From positions 186,001 through 250,000 of the forward strand of contig OZ316776.1 in the NCBI GenBank assembly GCA_973851085.1: a DNA stretch of 64,000 nt. The letters are read 5' to 3'. The notes under the pieces are model-generated. The model had not been told where the DNA came from, did not search any database, and saw only the letters and a program-made list of their open reading frames with translations. Of the stretch, positions 12,808 through 26,120 are shown piece after piece (position 1 is the first letter of the stretch; each line of letters opens with the position of its first letter). The position numbers were made by a program, and so were the translations under genes. The DNA is from Ptychomitrium polyphyllum. Lineage: Eukaryota.

Positions 12808-15800
12808 ACCTGACACAGTGCACCAAAATCCAAGATCAGCGAAGAATGCCCGCATCGTGTTTTACGCCTGGAGTGCAGTTCCAAGGAAAGCAAAGCAAGG
12901 ACGAACCATCGAGCCCTCTATTTCTCTCCAACTCACGAGCTTCTCGATTATTTCACAGTAATCACCTTTCTAGCTTCCACTTCCGGCCAACCAACTCAGC
13001 GTACAAAGACCTTTTGACTTTAATACCTGCAGCAGCACCTTCAGTCTACGACCTGCGAGAGCTAATCCTGTTTAATCAGGCTCAATGTCCAAGTCCTTGA
13101 AAGTATTCTTTCGTCCTGGAAGGTAGACCAATCGTGTTACAATCTACAGTGCTATCACATGAATACAAATGGGAGGTATTGAATACGAAAGCTGTAAAGA
13201 AATGAGGTGATCAGACGGAGATCAATGGAAGACACAAAGCCGACAAGGATCAATGTCATAAAGCCTGAGCGTCACCTCTACACAGAAAAGAAGTAGCAGG
13301 CTCACTAATATGCACACCGACGTAGAATTATGTGCAAACGTACGTATTTAGAAGCGTGCAAGCGAGCTGTCTCCCAGTCCTACACTACTAATTGCTGTTG
13401 TGGTCTTGACTCTTCAGAGCTTGTCAATGCACAACAAAACTAACTGCCGAAGGACCACCGCACTTGTCCCTACCAACAACAACAACAAGACCACACCCCA
13501 AAATCCACCACACGCATCAGCTGCTTCCGCTTCTGTCCAACTTCTGACAATTCCCCATTTACACAAGAGTCACCGCATTCCTCCTTCCACCGGGCACTAC
13601 TGAACGATCCCCACGTTAAAAAACTTGCCTCATCTGCCCGAGGCTTAAGACTACCACTCATGTAGCTAAATCTCACTTAACCTAAAGTCGATATCCGTAT
13701 ACTAAAAAAACTTTGGGAAAGTGGTTCCTACTGGAAAGGCACCGGTGCTAACGTAGTGCAGCAAGACAGAAATGGAGGCGGAGATTTCGAGGCATTGATC
13801 CAGAGTGGACCACTCAGTGCAGAAAACAACGCAGGGTGATCTCACATGTTTGGAAGTATTGTGCAAGATTGAGGGAGCTGGTGGAGCAGATGGGCGAGGT
13901 GACCAGTGGAGAACGACATCTCTCTGGCATTGAATGTGGGTGAGCTCATGATAATTGTTCTGCTGTAACTGTTGGGCCATGGCCCTGTTGCCGCCTCCAC
14001 CTTCCATCCTCATTCCACCCAAGCTGCCCAGTTGTTCCATGCTTGATCCCCAGCTCCTGTGGTAGCTGGTGTCTTTTGAGGTCTTGTGAAGGGCCGTGCG
14101 GCCTAATTGCTCCCCCCCTGGATGATAGGCCATCATGTTTTGCTTCTACTGCCTGGCTTCTGCTGCACCAGGCAGGACGCCCGCCATGATCCATTAGCAA
14201 AGCTTCCTTACATTGAGTGCATGACTATACAGTTCTATCATCGTCATTAATCATTTCCAGGACATGGCCTTCTGTGGCCTTGGCTCCATTACCCCGCCTT
14301 GCAACATGCAAGCCCCCCGTTGTACTCACTTACAAACCACCCTTGTAATCTGTGTGAAACTCCCATATTTCACAACAGTTCTCTCAAGCTTACAATGGTA
14401 TAACCCTCACTGTGATATTCCTCAATAGAAAGTTATAAATATAAATTGGGAGTGTATCACATCAATTAATAGAGTCATGATACGAGAGATCCAAACCTAA
14501 CCACAATTATAAATGAATTGATATAGTGCTTTGCATGTTCACATGATGAGCAGGCTCTGATAGAGTGGGGAAGTTTAGTGAACATGGGAAGTGTGAACTT
14601 GTGAAGGCGTATCAAACCAGCCTCTAATGCAGCCATTTCTTGCCATGCGGTCAAATTCAAGGACACTGTTCACTGGTCACTGGTCAGTGGTAGTTGTCCA
14701 GCAGCTATAACGATGGGACTTTCTCACATGCTTCTAAATTTCTTTGTACTCAAATTTCAGACAGCCAATCTTGTCACTAGTTATTTGCATGCAATCATAA
14801 CATTCTTTAGCAAGGGCACCTGGTCATGGGATGAGCCCTTCATTTAATGAAAATTTGTATTTGCTACTTATGATAGCCTCTTGTTAAAAGGTGAATTTTC
14901 CCACTACTAAAGGATGTTTTAGAGTTATATTTCTAAAGGATGTCAAAGTTATTTGTAAATTCAACTACTTTTTTTCATCACCATCTTACCTAAACTTATG
15001 ATTGGAGCATATATTTCAATATAATGAGACTTTGCTTACTTTTCATTAATTTTCTCAACCTTTAAAGTATGAACTACTTTCTTATAACAAATTAGAAGAC
15101 AAACTTTAAAATCTTAAACAACTCTTCCAATTCATTTGATTGAAATTGTAAAAAAGTAGTAAGTTACAAAATTTAAATAATAATACCTTACAATTACATC
15201 CAAGCAATATACCATAGGAAGGAATTCCTAATGAATTATGAAAAGACTTTTGCATTAGTTACATCATATTTGTTTCTTATAATATTATCCAAAGAAAATA
15301 GGAAAAATCCAATTTAATTAAAATTGAAAATTACTATATACAAAATTTAATTATAATTTTGGTGTTGTTCAAATATAACATTTTTCAATAATTGAAGCTA
15401 GTCATTAATACCTTGGGAAGTGAGAGATCAATAATACATGACAACAAGGACATATAATTATAAATGCACAAAAGCATGGATTTAGTTCATTGACTTGAAA
15501 TAAACTCCCTCATTCTTTAATAGAATACAAGTTTTAACAATGAAATTCTACATTCAAATAATGGAATTAATCCTTTGGAATAGCATGTTCAAAATAGTCA
15601 ATGAAGAATGTGATGAAAATGCTTGTGATAGATTTCATTTTATAAGGTAAAGAAGTTACAGAGTACTCATGTTAAAGCAACTTCCTGTCATAATATAGTA
15701 ATGAAGTTCGTAAAGAAAATTTTCTTGCGTCCAAACACTGAAAATAACAGAAATGAGCCTGCAGCCTAAAATCCCATATACTCATAAGTAGAGTATTCTG

Positions 15801-17533
15801 AATTGCAATAGCCTGAAAGCGCAGAATAGCAAATTCGAAAACAGGTGGAACTACCACGTAAATTTAGAAAGCTCAGTCTACTAAACGAGACTGAGCCCCA
15901 CATCCGCTACAGCACATTAGGCTTTTGCAAGATTTGAGAACCGTCATGTAAATTGTTTTTCCAAAGTAAACAGGCAAATATTATAAAATGCTACATGTTC
16001 CATTATGTTTCAACATGAACGCAATTGTAAGTACGTATTCAGAGCGCGGAGAAACAGCTGCAGATAGATATACTAACATCCAAACTTCAACATCCAGAGA
16101 TCAGGACCCTCAAGCCTCTCCTGTCATGCAATCTTGTCTCTTGACTAAGTTACAAGATTTCTCAATATGGAGATCGAGAAAAAAAAACCCTGAGTTAGTA
16201 TACACGGTTTAAGAAGATGGAAGTGCCCCCATGATCAATGTGTCACAAACTCACTTAGAGAAGAAAAATATTCATCGTCATCGTGCTCCCTAACAGCGTG
16301 AAGTAGTGATAATCCAGAAACAAAACTAACCATCTTCCAAGGACTAATATATGCAGACTTAAAAAATTTCTTAGCTGTTTACCCGGTGCAATCCATCAGC
16401 CAATCAATCCTGGTGCTCGCCCGTTAGAACTGCAGAAGATGGGTTCAGGACTCAAAGGGGCCAACACCCAACACAGGGATGAATGAAATGCTATGCACGT
16501 CTGTGCAAAAATATTACATAAAGAGCTTCCTCCAACGAGTTCCACGCTTCCACCGAGTGGGGTGACCACGCACAACAAGGTGTTCAGAAGTAAGCAACCA
16601 AGTTTGTCCTGCACAAATTCACAGACCCTAAGTTTCACGTCAAACAGACTCTCAGTCAAGGAATGTAAAGTATTAACCATACTTTATGCATCAGGGTTAT
16701 CAGTATTTCAAAAACATACAGGGAAAGATAAGATAAAAGACTAGAGCACCACTACTCATGTTAAAAACTGGTCTTGAATCCATGGTTTCATGCAAAGGAG
16801 CATTAAGTAAATCACTACCAGAGGCCAGCCATCGACACATCACAGAAAAAGTACACACAGAAGCACAAAACTTTAAAACACAAATTCAAGCTCATCCAGA
16901 GCCCAAACACAACATAGTGATAAATCTGCGAGAACGTACCATATCAGTGAGACGAAAGATTGTCCCCGTATTGGTCACCAAGAATTCGAGCTTCTAGATT
17001 GAACAGTTACCATGCAGTAATTTAGCATCCTTGCTCGTATCAGCTTCCATACTGCCTGAATGGTCTCCTTAATCTCTTGTTCACTACATTGGAAACCAGT
17101 ATTGGCTCTTTCAAATGTACAAACCTGTGCACTACCGGTACAGAAAAGCCCAGGGCCTGCAATGTGCAGGTAAGAAGAATCCTATCGTTATTAAAACCAC
17201 TTGCCTACACTCAGTAGGCTACCTTCTCGACTATTCTTGTCGTTCCATCCATGAGGTCTCCACCAAAGTAGATCTTTATAACAAAAGTGCTATCATTCCA
17301 GGAAAACGCTTCATTCCAGATGAGGAGATAACAGCCCATGTTCATTCAGCGAATTAGACCTGCTCCAATAGTCAAAGCACAAAATTATATGATGAAGGAC
17401 TAGCCCTTTTTGTGCTTAGCAGAGCCAGTAAAAAAATATCCATTGTGATCAGGTTGCTGGATGGCTCTCCTCTTCATGAAAAATAGGCACCTGGAAAACT
17501 CTCATAAAAAAATCTTTCAACTAAGATTGAATC

Positions 17534-20500
17534 TTATTCTGTGTCTGCATTGAACATTGCTTCTGCATGCCGTTGTGCCGTGCCTGCACCCTCCATGTAA
17601 TATTCGTCCTCAGATCCCAAGCTTTCTTGTGATTGTAAATGAGAATCGCGATCCCAGGATGCTTGGGTGTTTATCCCCTCCCACCCCATTGGATGACCAG
17701 AATCTATACCAGATGGTAGTGTGATGAACGGCAAATCCCTATCATCTTGTCTTGAAAGGCCATTACCCAACACTCGCGGGCTTGTCAACGAACTGCTCTT
17801 ATTGTACACCAGTTCTGTCCGGCCAACTGAGTAAATTGCAGAATTGTCCATAGACCCACCTATGCCATCAGGAGATGGCAAGTCTATAAGACCTGTCCCG
17901 GAAGGATCTTCAGCACCACTGGGTGACCCAGTCTCATAGGCTGCTGCACAATGTTCAGAATTTTCAACATTATCCTTCTTAGGTTTTTTCCAGCGCTTTG
18001 TAGAAGAGGTGCCATCATCCTCAAAATCTTCTTCCTCCCTCTCTGTATGAAGATACACCCACAGCTTACGATCACCATCAAATCGAACGCAAGGGTCTCG
18101 CTCATAATGCAGTCGATCCAGTGCTCCACTTACTACCTGATTCACCTGTCAAAACAATTCCACAGCACAGTGATTATACCACTCTGACTGACAAAGCGGT
18201 CTTCTGAAATTGACATGTTGATGTTGCCAATTATCCAAAAGTCATGGGCTAAAAATGAAACAAGACAAAAAATTGAACTTATGTCACTTTGCTGCATTAA
18301 TCATTTGAGTTATAGACAGACGAATGCCCAAGAGTGACATTCATCAATCCATATATTAAATCTTCTAGGGAACTTGAATCAAGATAGAAGCACGTTCAAA
18401 AAATGGTTTAGCCGCTGCCGCCAGATCAACCTTTGCTTAATATTAACTGGACTAACCTGTGCATCAGATACATCCTCCATGATGAACTGTGAATCTCGAA
18501 TTAGAGCACAAACGTCTGCACGAGTGCCAATACTCCCAGGTAAACGAGCTGCTGCATCTCTCACTAAACACAAAATTGTGACGTGAGGTGGTCTGTCCGG
18601 CTTCAGCATGAAGTGATCCCTTGCCTTGGAAGTGGGCTTACCACCCCCTCTTCTCAACGGAGCAACAACAGATTTGCCTCCATCTGCTGTTGTGTAAGCA
18701 AAAGCCCGATCAGGTAACGAGTATCGGACAAGTTCTTGTCGACGAAAGTAAGTTCGCATGTCCTCTGAGCTAGGTGCAATGGTCATCAGACTCTTCTGAG
18801 CTCTAAGATCTCGAAACCGCTCCTTCTCATCAACAGGTACAGGCATGAGCGGAGGAGGTGGAAGAGGAAGTTGATCAATCTGCTGAAGTGTTTCCTGGCC
18901 ATGCTTTAGCCAACTTGCAAACATGTCCTCCAATTTCAGCAAAGATTTCTGTGGTATACCCCACGCCTCTGCAGTCACCTGCACCTCTAGCACATCCTGT
19001 TCCAAAATAGTAGAAATAAACCCTTCAGGAAATGTCAACACACATAGATACCTTCGCAAAATATCAACCACCACCACTTTATCTAAAAAGGCTAGAAAAG
19101 CCTTACTCCTAAAAATTCAAGTTTTTGGACGCACTTTGACTCCATAGAACAGCTTAACCAAACAGATCAACAACTTGAACAATAATCTCACAAACTTACT
19201 CTCTCAAAGGGCATGATTGACAAGAATCAAGCTGATCATCATACAACGGAAGAACATCTGACATATTCAAATACAATAAAAGGTGCAAGGGCATTATTGC
19301 ATCAAAACAATCCAGCATTGCAAGACGTAGAACCGCACTATAAACGTCTGATTGGATAGAACGTCTTTTTGCGAAGATAATGCCATCTCTTTTCGGAATG
19401 CTCTTCACATATGAGCACGATTATAAGACTAACATGAGGAAAACCAAACATACCTGAGAAGAAGTGGAAGCTACAGGAACAGGGGGTGGTCCAATCCACG
19501 ACCATGTCCTCATTTCCTTGTCAAAACAAACCAGGGGCTTCCATCCCTTTGTACCTGCCGGTGCCACTTTGCTCCCCATAATTTTTAGTGCTCCTCGCAC
19601 AAGATCCTGGTATTTTCAAAGTGAATGTCACATAAATTGCGAATGGAACCAACTTCTAAGTAATAAACATGCATCACAAACATATATTCTTAACAAGCAG
19701 ATGCTGCAGATATCGCAGACATTTGTTCAGACAATTGAAATGTAGGTGGCTCATACACTATCAGTATGCACATACGAAACGTTCAGAACAACGTACAGCA
19801 TCACTTAAATCATCACCTAGATACATATAAAAATTGCTAGCCACATCCGCTTGTCATTTAGTTAGGAGTAACATCTGCATATGCTTAGATACCTGTAAAG
19901 GTTCCACTGTCTCCAAAATTCGATGATCTCCAGGGTTTTCATGCACTCTTCTCACAAGCTCACTAAACGGCACCCCACGAAATGAGGGAGGTCTTTGATC
20001 TCCATCTACTTCCTTGCTGTCTACCCGTTCCACAGCTGAAGTCCCAGCTCCTTGATCACTATGACCCAACAGGCTCCCCTCAGTCGCAGCATAAGGAAGA
20101 TCAAAATCTAATCTTTCACGGGCGTAGGGTGCCCTCTCATATTGTTCATGAACTTCAGATGCTCCATCCCCATAGTTGGCAATCAACGCCGTGCGTACAG
20201 CAGAAAGTAAATGCATGACAGAGAAGGGGAACGTGGAAGCAAGAGTAGGGATGGCAATCGGAGCAGGTTTCTTTGATGTCTTGGTTGCACTTCCTGGTGT
20301 TTTCTCAGGCGGCGAACCTAAAAAATGAGAAAATTATATTACATGCGAATCTATTTCACATCAGTACCCCAGTGAGACTTACCAACCAAGCATTTGAGCG
20401 CACATATAATATTTTAATACTCGGAACTTAGAGATAAACTTACGATTCAAACTGAGAAATCATTGACTAAGCTTATCAATATAACCTCCGAATTTCTCTA

Positions 20501-22772
20501 AATTGAAATACCATACACTGCAAGCAATTAGTAAAAAAAACTAAGACCAGCATTCGATTTTGTGTTAACGACCGAACAGCATACAGGGTCACAATCGGGG
20601 TCACCTAGTCTCGAGTACTGTGAATTTGTACAACAAGTTGCAAAATGTATATTCACTTACCAGCATGAGGGGACAACATCCCAGGTGAGGTCATCAACAC
20701 ATCCGCCTTGGGCTTTTTCTTACTTCTCTTTTTCGGCTTTACTCCTACCTCTTCCTTGACCTGGTCAGCTTCATCTTCATCGACAGGAAGATCGAAAAGC
20801 TTCTCATCAACTTCATCGCTTGGTCTAAAATCATCTTCAACAGCTCGATTCTCCTCCACAACGATCACCTCATGTTCTTTTGTGATCTCCTCAATTTTCT
20901 TCTTCCGATGGGGCTTCTTCTTTGTTTCTCCCGATCTTTTACCTTTCTCTACAGGTGGCTTGGCGTTCTCAAACGGAGATAGGTCGTCTGCAAGTGCTTC
21001 AGGCATCCCCAAGGGCACATGTTGCTCTTTCAATTCTCGTGACTGCTTCTTCTTCTTTTTCTTCTTCACAACAACTTCGCCTTCCATCGTCCCACCTCCA
21101 ATATCTATCATTTTTCGTTTCTTGCTCTCTCCTGATGACTTATGCTTCAGTTTTTTCTCTCCAAATGTTTCCCGTATCGGACTATAAGGCTCCAATGGAG
21201 AGGTAATTACCTCTCTTTCAAAAGGCAAAAAGGGCTCCCCTTCGTATTCATCCTCAACTACATTAGTCACTTCTTCCCTCTTTAATTCTGTTACTGGGGC
21301 CTTCCCTTTCAGCGAAAGTGAAGCAGTTCTCTTCAATACATTCTTGCTCTTCGGCATCAGCTTCAATACTCCCTTTGGTCTAGGTTTACTTACCCGCACA
21401 GGCTCTTCCTGCTCTGCTCTCTCTACCTTGTCAATGTCAGCTATTCTCTTTGATCCAACCTCCGAGCGATCCTTCATTAATGTCTTGATTTTAAGCACCC
21501 CCTTTGATCCAGTTGCAGGCTCCAAGACAGTTGGTTTCTTCTTCGAGAGTCCCAGAGCTCCTACTTCGCTCCTGCCTTTGATCAAGAACTTCCCTTTTCT
21601 GGGCAGCTCAATGGCCTTAATTTTCAGGGACACCTCTGGTATTCTTCTCTGAGGAGGAGCCTCAACATTAGCCTTGACCCTTCTGACAGTTCCAGGCTTA
21701 CGAACCACGCGTTTAGGTTTAGGCAAAGGAAGCGGTTGTGTCTGAAACCTATCCCAGATTTCCAACCTCTCATCTATATCAGCATCAGGACAATTCTCCC
21801 ATTGCTTCTGCATTTCGACGAAAAGACTAACCATGTGATTGTGATAATGTCGCAATAAATGGTAATGCTCCTTCCGCTGCAAGTATTTTAGACCTTCCCG
21901 GTACCGGGACACACGCGGATGACACAAGCCTCCTTTTAGTCTATCAAAAAGATCAGCCATCGGGCTAGTGAAGTGAAATATCTCTCCTCCCAGCAAGTCC
22001 CGGATGGTGTCCTTAAAAGACGCTTCATCTTCAATAGGCGGAAGGTGCATTGCAAGTGACTCTCGCTCCTCCTCTATCAAACCAAGAAGATCCTCAATTC
22101 CCAAAAATCATGGAAATTTCAAGTTGAAGAGACGAATTGACATTATCAGAGAATTCGAAACAGAAAAAAAAAAAAAAAACAAAACAAAACAAAACAAAAC
22201 CAATAAATATACAAATAATGAAAGAAAGAGGAGGAAAAATAATAATAATACTTAATCGAGCAAGAGAAGGACCAAAAAATTTAAAAGTTCGTAACTGCAT
22301 CGGCCAAAGTTCAGCGCCGGGTGGCACATGAATTACATTGCCATTAAAACTTCGCACTCTCAACACAACAGACCATAGACGTCCAAAACACCTTCTACAA
22401 CGATTCCAAGCTCAGCAATGCAGAAAATCACTTAAAATTTCGTGCGGCATTGACAGCCAACAATGATGTCAGAAACCAATTGCAATGAGTGAAGCAATAT
22501 ATCGAACCTGTCAAGCAATAATTCCATGTATTAAGGGAAAGGACTCCTTTCAAGGTTGGAAGATCGAACAACTGCGACGGCACGGTACACATATCATCGC
22601 CAATTTGGCACACTTCACTCCCCCGCTCCGTGACCTCATCCTCCGATCCTTCAGACTCACCACCGCCTCCCCGTGCATTTCTCGGGCGCGGTCGCGCAGG
22701 CGGATTATCATCCGTGGAGGATCCTGACATGGTGTTCCCCCTGCTGCGCGACGAACTTCCAACCATGGCCAT
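17534..22772 (-). CDS. NFRKB: NFRKB / INO80 complex subunit G homolog, 6 exons: 22772-22508, 22073-20661, 20317-19893, 19606-19454, 18996-18457, 18145-17534 (~1135 aa)
   Basis: N-terminal DEUBAD-like region (VLSLNTWNYCLTEEERESLAMHLP..FHFTSP..LKGG..HP), Lys-rich middle, and conserved C-terminal blocks RPPHVTILCLVRDAAARLPGSIGTRADVCALIRDSQF and VVSGALDRLHYERDPCVRFDGDRKLWVYLH. Splice joins are in frame. Confidence 0.92.
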
Positions 22773-22899
22773 GGCCACCGTCTTCGAAATCCGGTGTGGT
22801 GCTCCGCCACGAGGAAAAAAAAAAAGTCACCTCCGACAGCCCTCCTGCGCTCCCCGCAGCCTAAACATCGTCCTGTGAAGCTCACATCGTCACCAGGCG

Positions 22900-23300
22900 C
22901 AACCGTTGCGAATATCGTTGCAATTGCCGCGGTGCAATCCCGCTAGTGGCGCGGTCCCATGGCGGCAGCTTGGGCTGCGCAAGTTCGTCCTGAGGTGGAG
23001 CGTGGCCTCTCCGTGCGCGAGAGCATCGTAGGGTTTGAAGCTCCCCCTGCCATAGCCACGGTCATGGCGCGCCCTCTGCCACGGCCACCGGCGCCCCTTC
23101 CGCCAACCCTAACAAACGCAAAGGCAGAACCCAACCCCAACCCCAACCCCAACCCCATCGCCAACCCCCGTTGGGCCCCTTGGCACCTTTCCCTTGGGCC
23201 TAGGCCGTGGCCCTAAAGCCACGCCCCGCCCCGCCGCACCCCGCCCCGCCCAGCCCCGCCCCGTGCGATCTGCTCCCGTGATGATTCTTCCGTCCCCTCT
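22900..23300. promoter_or_regulatory. GC-rich promoter/5' region of NFRKB with (CCCCAA)n and CCCCG repeats
   Basis: Directly upstream of the NFRKB start. Contains tandem CCCCAA (~23130-23168) and a GCCCCGCCCC cluster (~23223-23262). Confidence 0.5.
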
Positions 23301-25619
23301 CTGTGCGTGGATTTATTTTCTCATGACCTCGTCCTATCCGTTCTGGCACGCCCCTTTAATACCGTCCATTTCAACCGCCCGCTTAGTTCCAACCCCTCTC
23401 CTGCCAGCAGTTTTTAGTGGTCGAGTATGTGCCTTCGTCTTTTGTAGTTTTATATGCTATTCATGGTAAGAGCTGAACCAAAGAGAAAGCAAAGGCGAAG
23501 GCAAAAGCAAAAGAGGTCGTCCACTGATTTCATCCCTAATATATTTCTACGGTGGTGTAATCTTGTCCTAGGTTAATTAATCTATCATTTCAAAAACGTT
23601 CATTATAGTTCATGACCAAAAAAACTCTCTGTATGTAAGATTAAAATTTATAATTGTTTATTTTAAAAACAAATATAATATAAACGTGAAGGTGAACTTA
23701 TATGTACGTTTTAATATTAAATTACAATTAAATCTGTTATTTTACTTCATTCATTTCTAACTTTACATAATAAGCTTGTTACACAAATAAGCAAATATGA
23801 AACTTAATATGTGATATCAATTTTATTTTGTTTTGTATTATTAATTATTTAATTTCCAATAGACAATAAAAAAAATTTTAATTCTTTAAAATTTTAGACA
23901 GACTTTTTTAATGCCAAATTTGAATGTGATTTTTTGAAATGTTTTTAATATGTATTAATGTATGAACTTTGTAGAGGTATTGATTCATTAATTCAATATT
24001 GAAAAAAAAAATCACACCAATTTGAGATACCTTAACTTTTTTTCATATTTTAAAAATGTATTACAGCAATCTGAATGTAATAGTTAAATTTTAATCAAAA
24101 AGGTGTATTTTATTTCTTTGACATTAGGAATTCTACATGAATTTGTAAAAATTCTTTGAAATTATTTTTAAAAAATTGATGATTGAATTGATATTATTAA
24201 TTTTAAATGATGTAAATGAAGAAACTCTTTTAATTGTTAACAGCCTTAGTGATGCAGTGATTTAACTGATTTCATTTTTTTTAAATTTTAAGACATTGCA
24301 TCCATTTTGTTTCATTTCATTATAGACAATTCTTTTCATCTTGGCATATCCAATGTATTATATAAAGAATTGTTGTAGAATGATAAGAACTTAATACAAT
24401 TAATCTTAGGCCACAATGATAGATGACATTAGATTAATTTTTTAAATCTTATTAATTTAGCATGCAATCTTTTGCACAAATAAAGAATTTCAAATATCTT
24501 GCATCAATTATAACGTATTTTTAAATCTATACTAAGTAGATTGAAAAAATTCAAATAAGATGATATTTAAAGATTGAAATGTGATAAAAATGAATTTGTA
24601 ACAATATGATTCTATATTGATTTTTTTATTCCATTGTCATCATATTGAATGGAAGAACAATACTTTGTTTAAGAAACAACAAAAAACTCAAGTAAATAAG
24701 GTTGAAGTAAGTCAAAAACAGGAAAAATGATATAAACAAAAAGAAATATTAATATTTGTACAATGAACAATTTAGAAGAACATAAATTTTTAAATAGTTT
24801 ACCTAAAATGGCCAGAAAAGACCTTTACAAAAACAAATAAATCTCAAAAAAATTAACTAGTTTGTACATTGAAATTGAATAATTGGAGGTACTTAAAAAA
24901 AATTAACTACTTATTCAAGAAAAAAAGTGGGCAAATAAATCTCACTTTACCATGCTCGCATTTCTTTTAATAAATGGAAAGTTAAACTTCATTTAAGCAA
25001 AAAATGTGGGGAATTCTAAAGCAACTCTATTTTGGAATCTAGAACGTCAGCTTTATTTTGTATTTTCATCTTTGATGTAACCCACCTATTGTTCTTCTCC
25101 TTCCCCCAAGTGAGGGAAATGCCTTGGGGCACCGGGGACTGGGGTTAAGTTAGGCCAATGCAACCTCATGGTGGGTTCACACTTGGCAGTTCATTGTACA
25201 TGTGCAGGAAATGAATAAAGATAATTAGTTGAGTTTCGGCAAGGGAATACAAAGTTGCAAATACTGTGCAACTGTGACACAGAATCATAGACAAAAGAAG
25301 GAAGCTTGCAACTGGACTGCAGTTCAGGAGTGCATTAGTCTTTAATACAGGCCACAAAGCTCAAGAATAAGTTAATTATAAGTGTTGGTTTTACCCTTCC
25401 AGAATACAGACGTGAGGGGAAGTGTGGCCGGTGTAAACAGGTCATGGACTGCCCATGAATGATGAGAGACTAGAGCTGGACCTAATCCGGGCACACGAAG
25501 GGTCCAAATCCGTCACTCTCCACGGAATGCAACATTATCTTACCAGGGCATACATTCCACTGTCAGAAGTCTGAGCGACATCACGCTCCAAAGCGGATAT
25601 GATCAACGACTGGACCGAA

Positions 25620-26120
25620 CAGGAGGAAATGTGGAGTGAGGGAGGGGGGACAGTGACGGTTTAGGGAAGGGGGAAATGGACGAGGGAGGGCGGGTGCGGG
25701 AAATGCCAAGGGGCTGAAGCGTGGGTGCCCACTGCCCAGTCGTCCGGGGCGATGACGCCGGGCTGGCACGGGCCGAGGGGGGCGGAGATTGGGCCGCAGT
25801 CTGCAGTGGCAGGCACAGGCAGGCGCAGGCAGGGGGGGCTCAGGGGGGGTATGGGAGACCGGAAGGAGAGGGGAGACCGGGGGGCGAGGGAAAACCCGGG
25901 GGGCGAGCGGGCCTCGGGAGCACACTCAGCCCAAACAAGGCCCTGTGAGTGAAGTTTGGAGCGACGACCCCATCAAAGCCGTGTGCGTGCTACGCGGCCC
26001 TCGTCTCTGCGTCGTCCCGATCCATGGCGCCCGTTGCCCGCTCCTCGCTGTTGTAGGCCGCCGCCCCTCACACACCTGGCCCCCCCTCGCTGTTTGCCGG
26101 CCTCTCCTAGGTGAGCTCTC
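25620..26120 (+). promoter_or_regulatory. G-rich promoter and probable first non-coding exon of the Cand1-like gene
   Basis: Dense G-runs (25630-25920) followed by pyrimidine-rich 5'UTR-like sequence and AG|GTGAG donor-like sites at ~26111 and ~26303. Confidence 0.45.

Noticed and set aside
13791..13801. GCATTGATCC, resembling the miR393 3' end
   Set aside because: 10-nt match is expected by chance and no hairpin was seen.
20708..21652. Long plus-strand Ser/Phe-rich ORFs
   Set aside because: Antisense shadows of the Lys/Glu-rich NFRKB exon 2.
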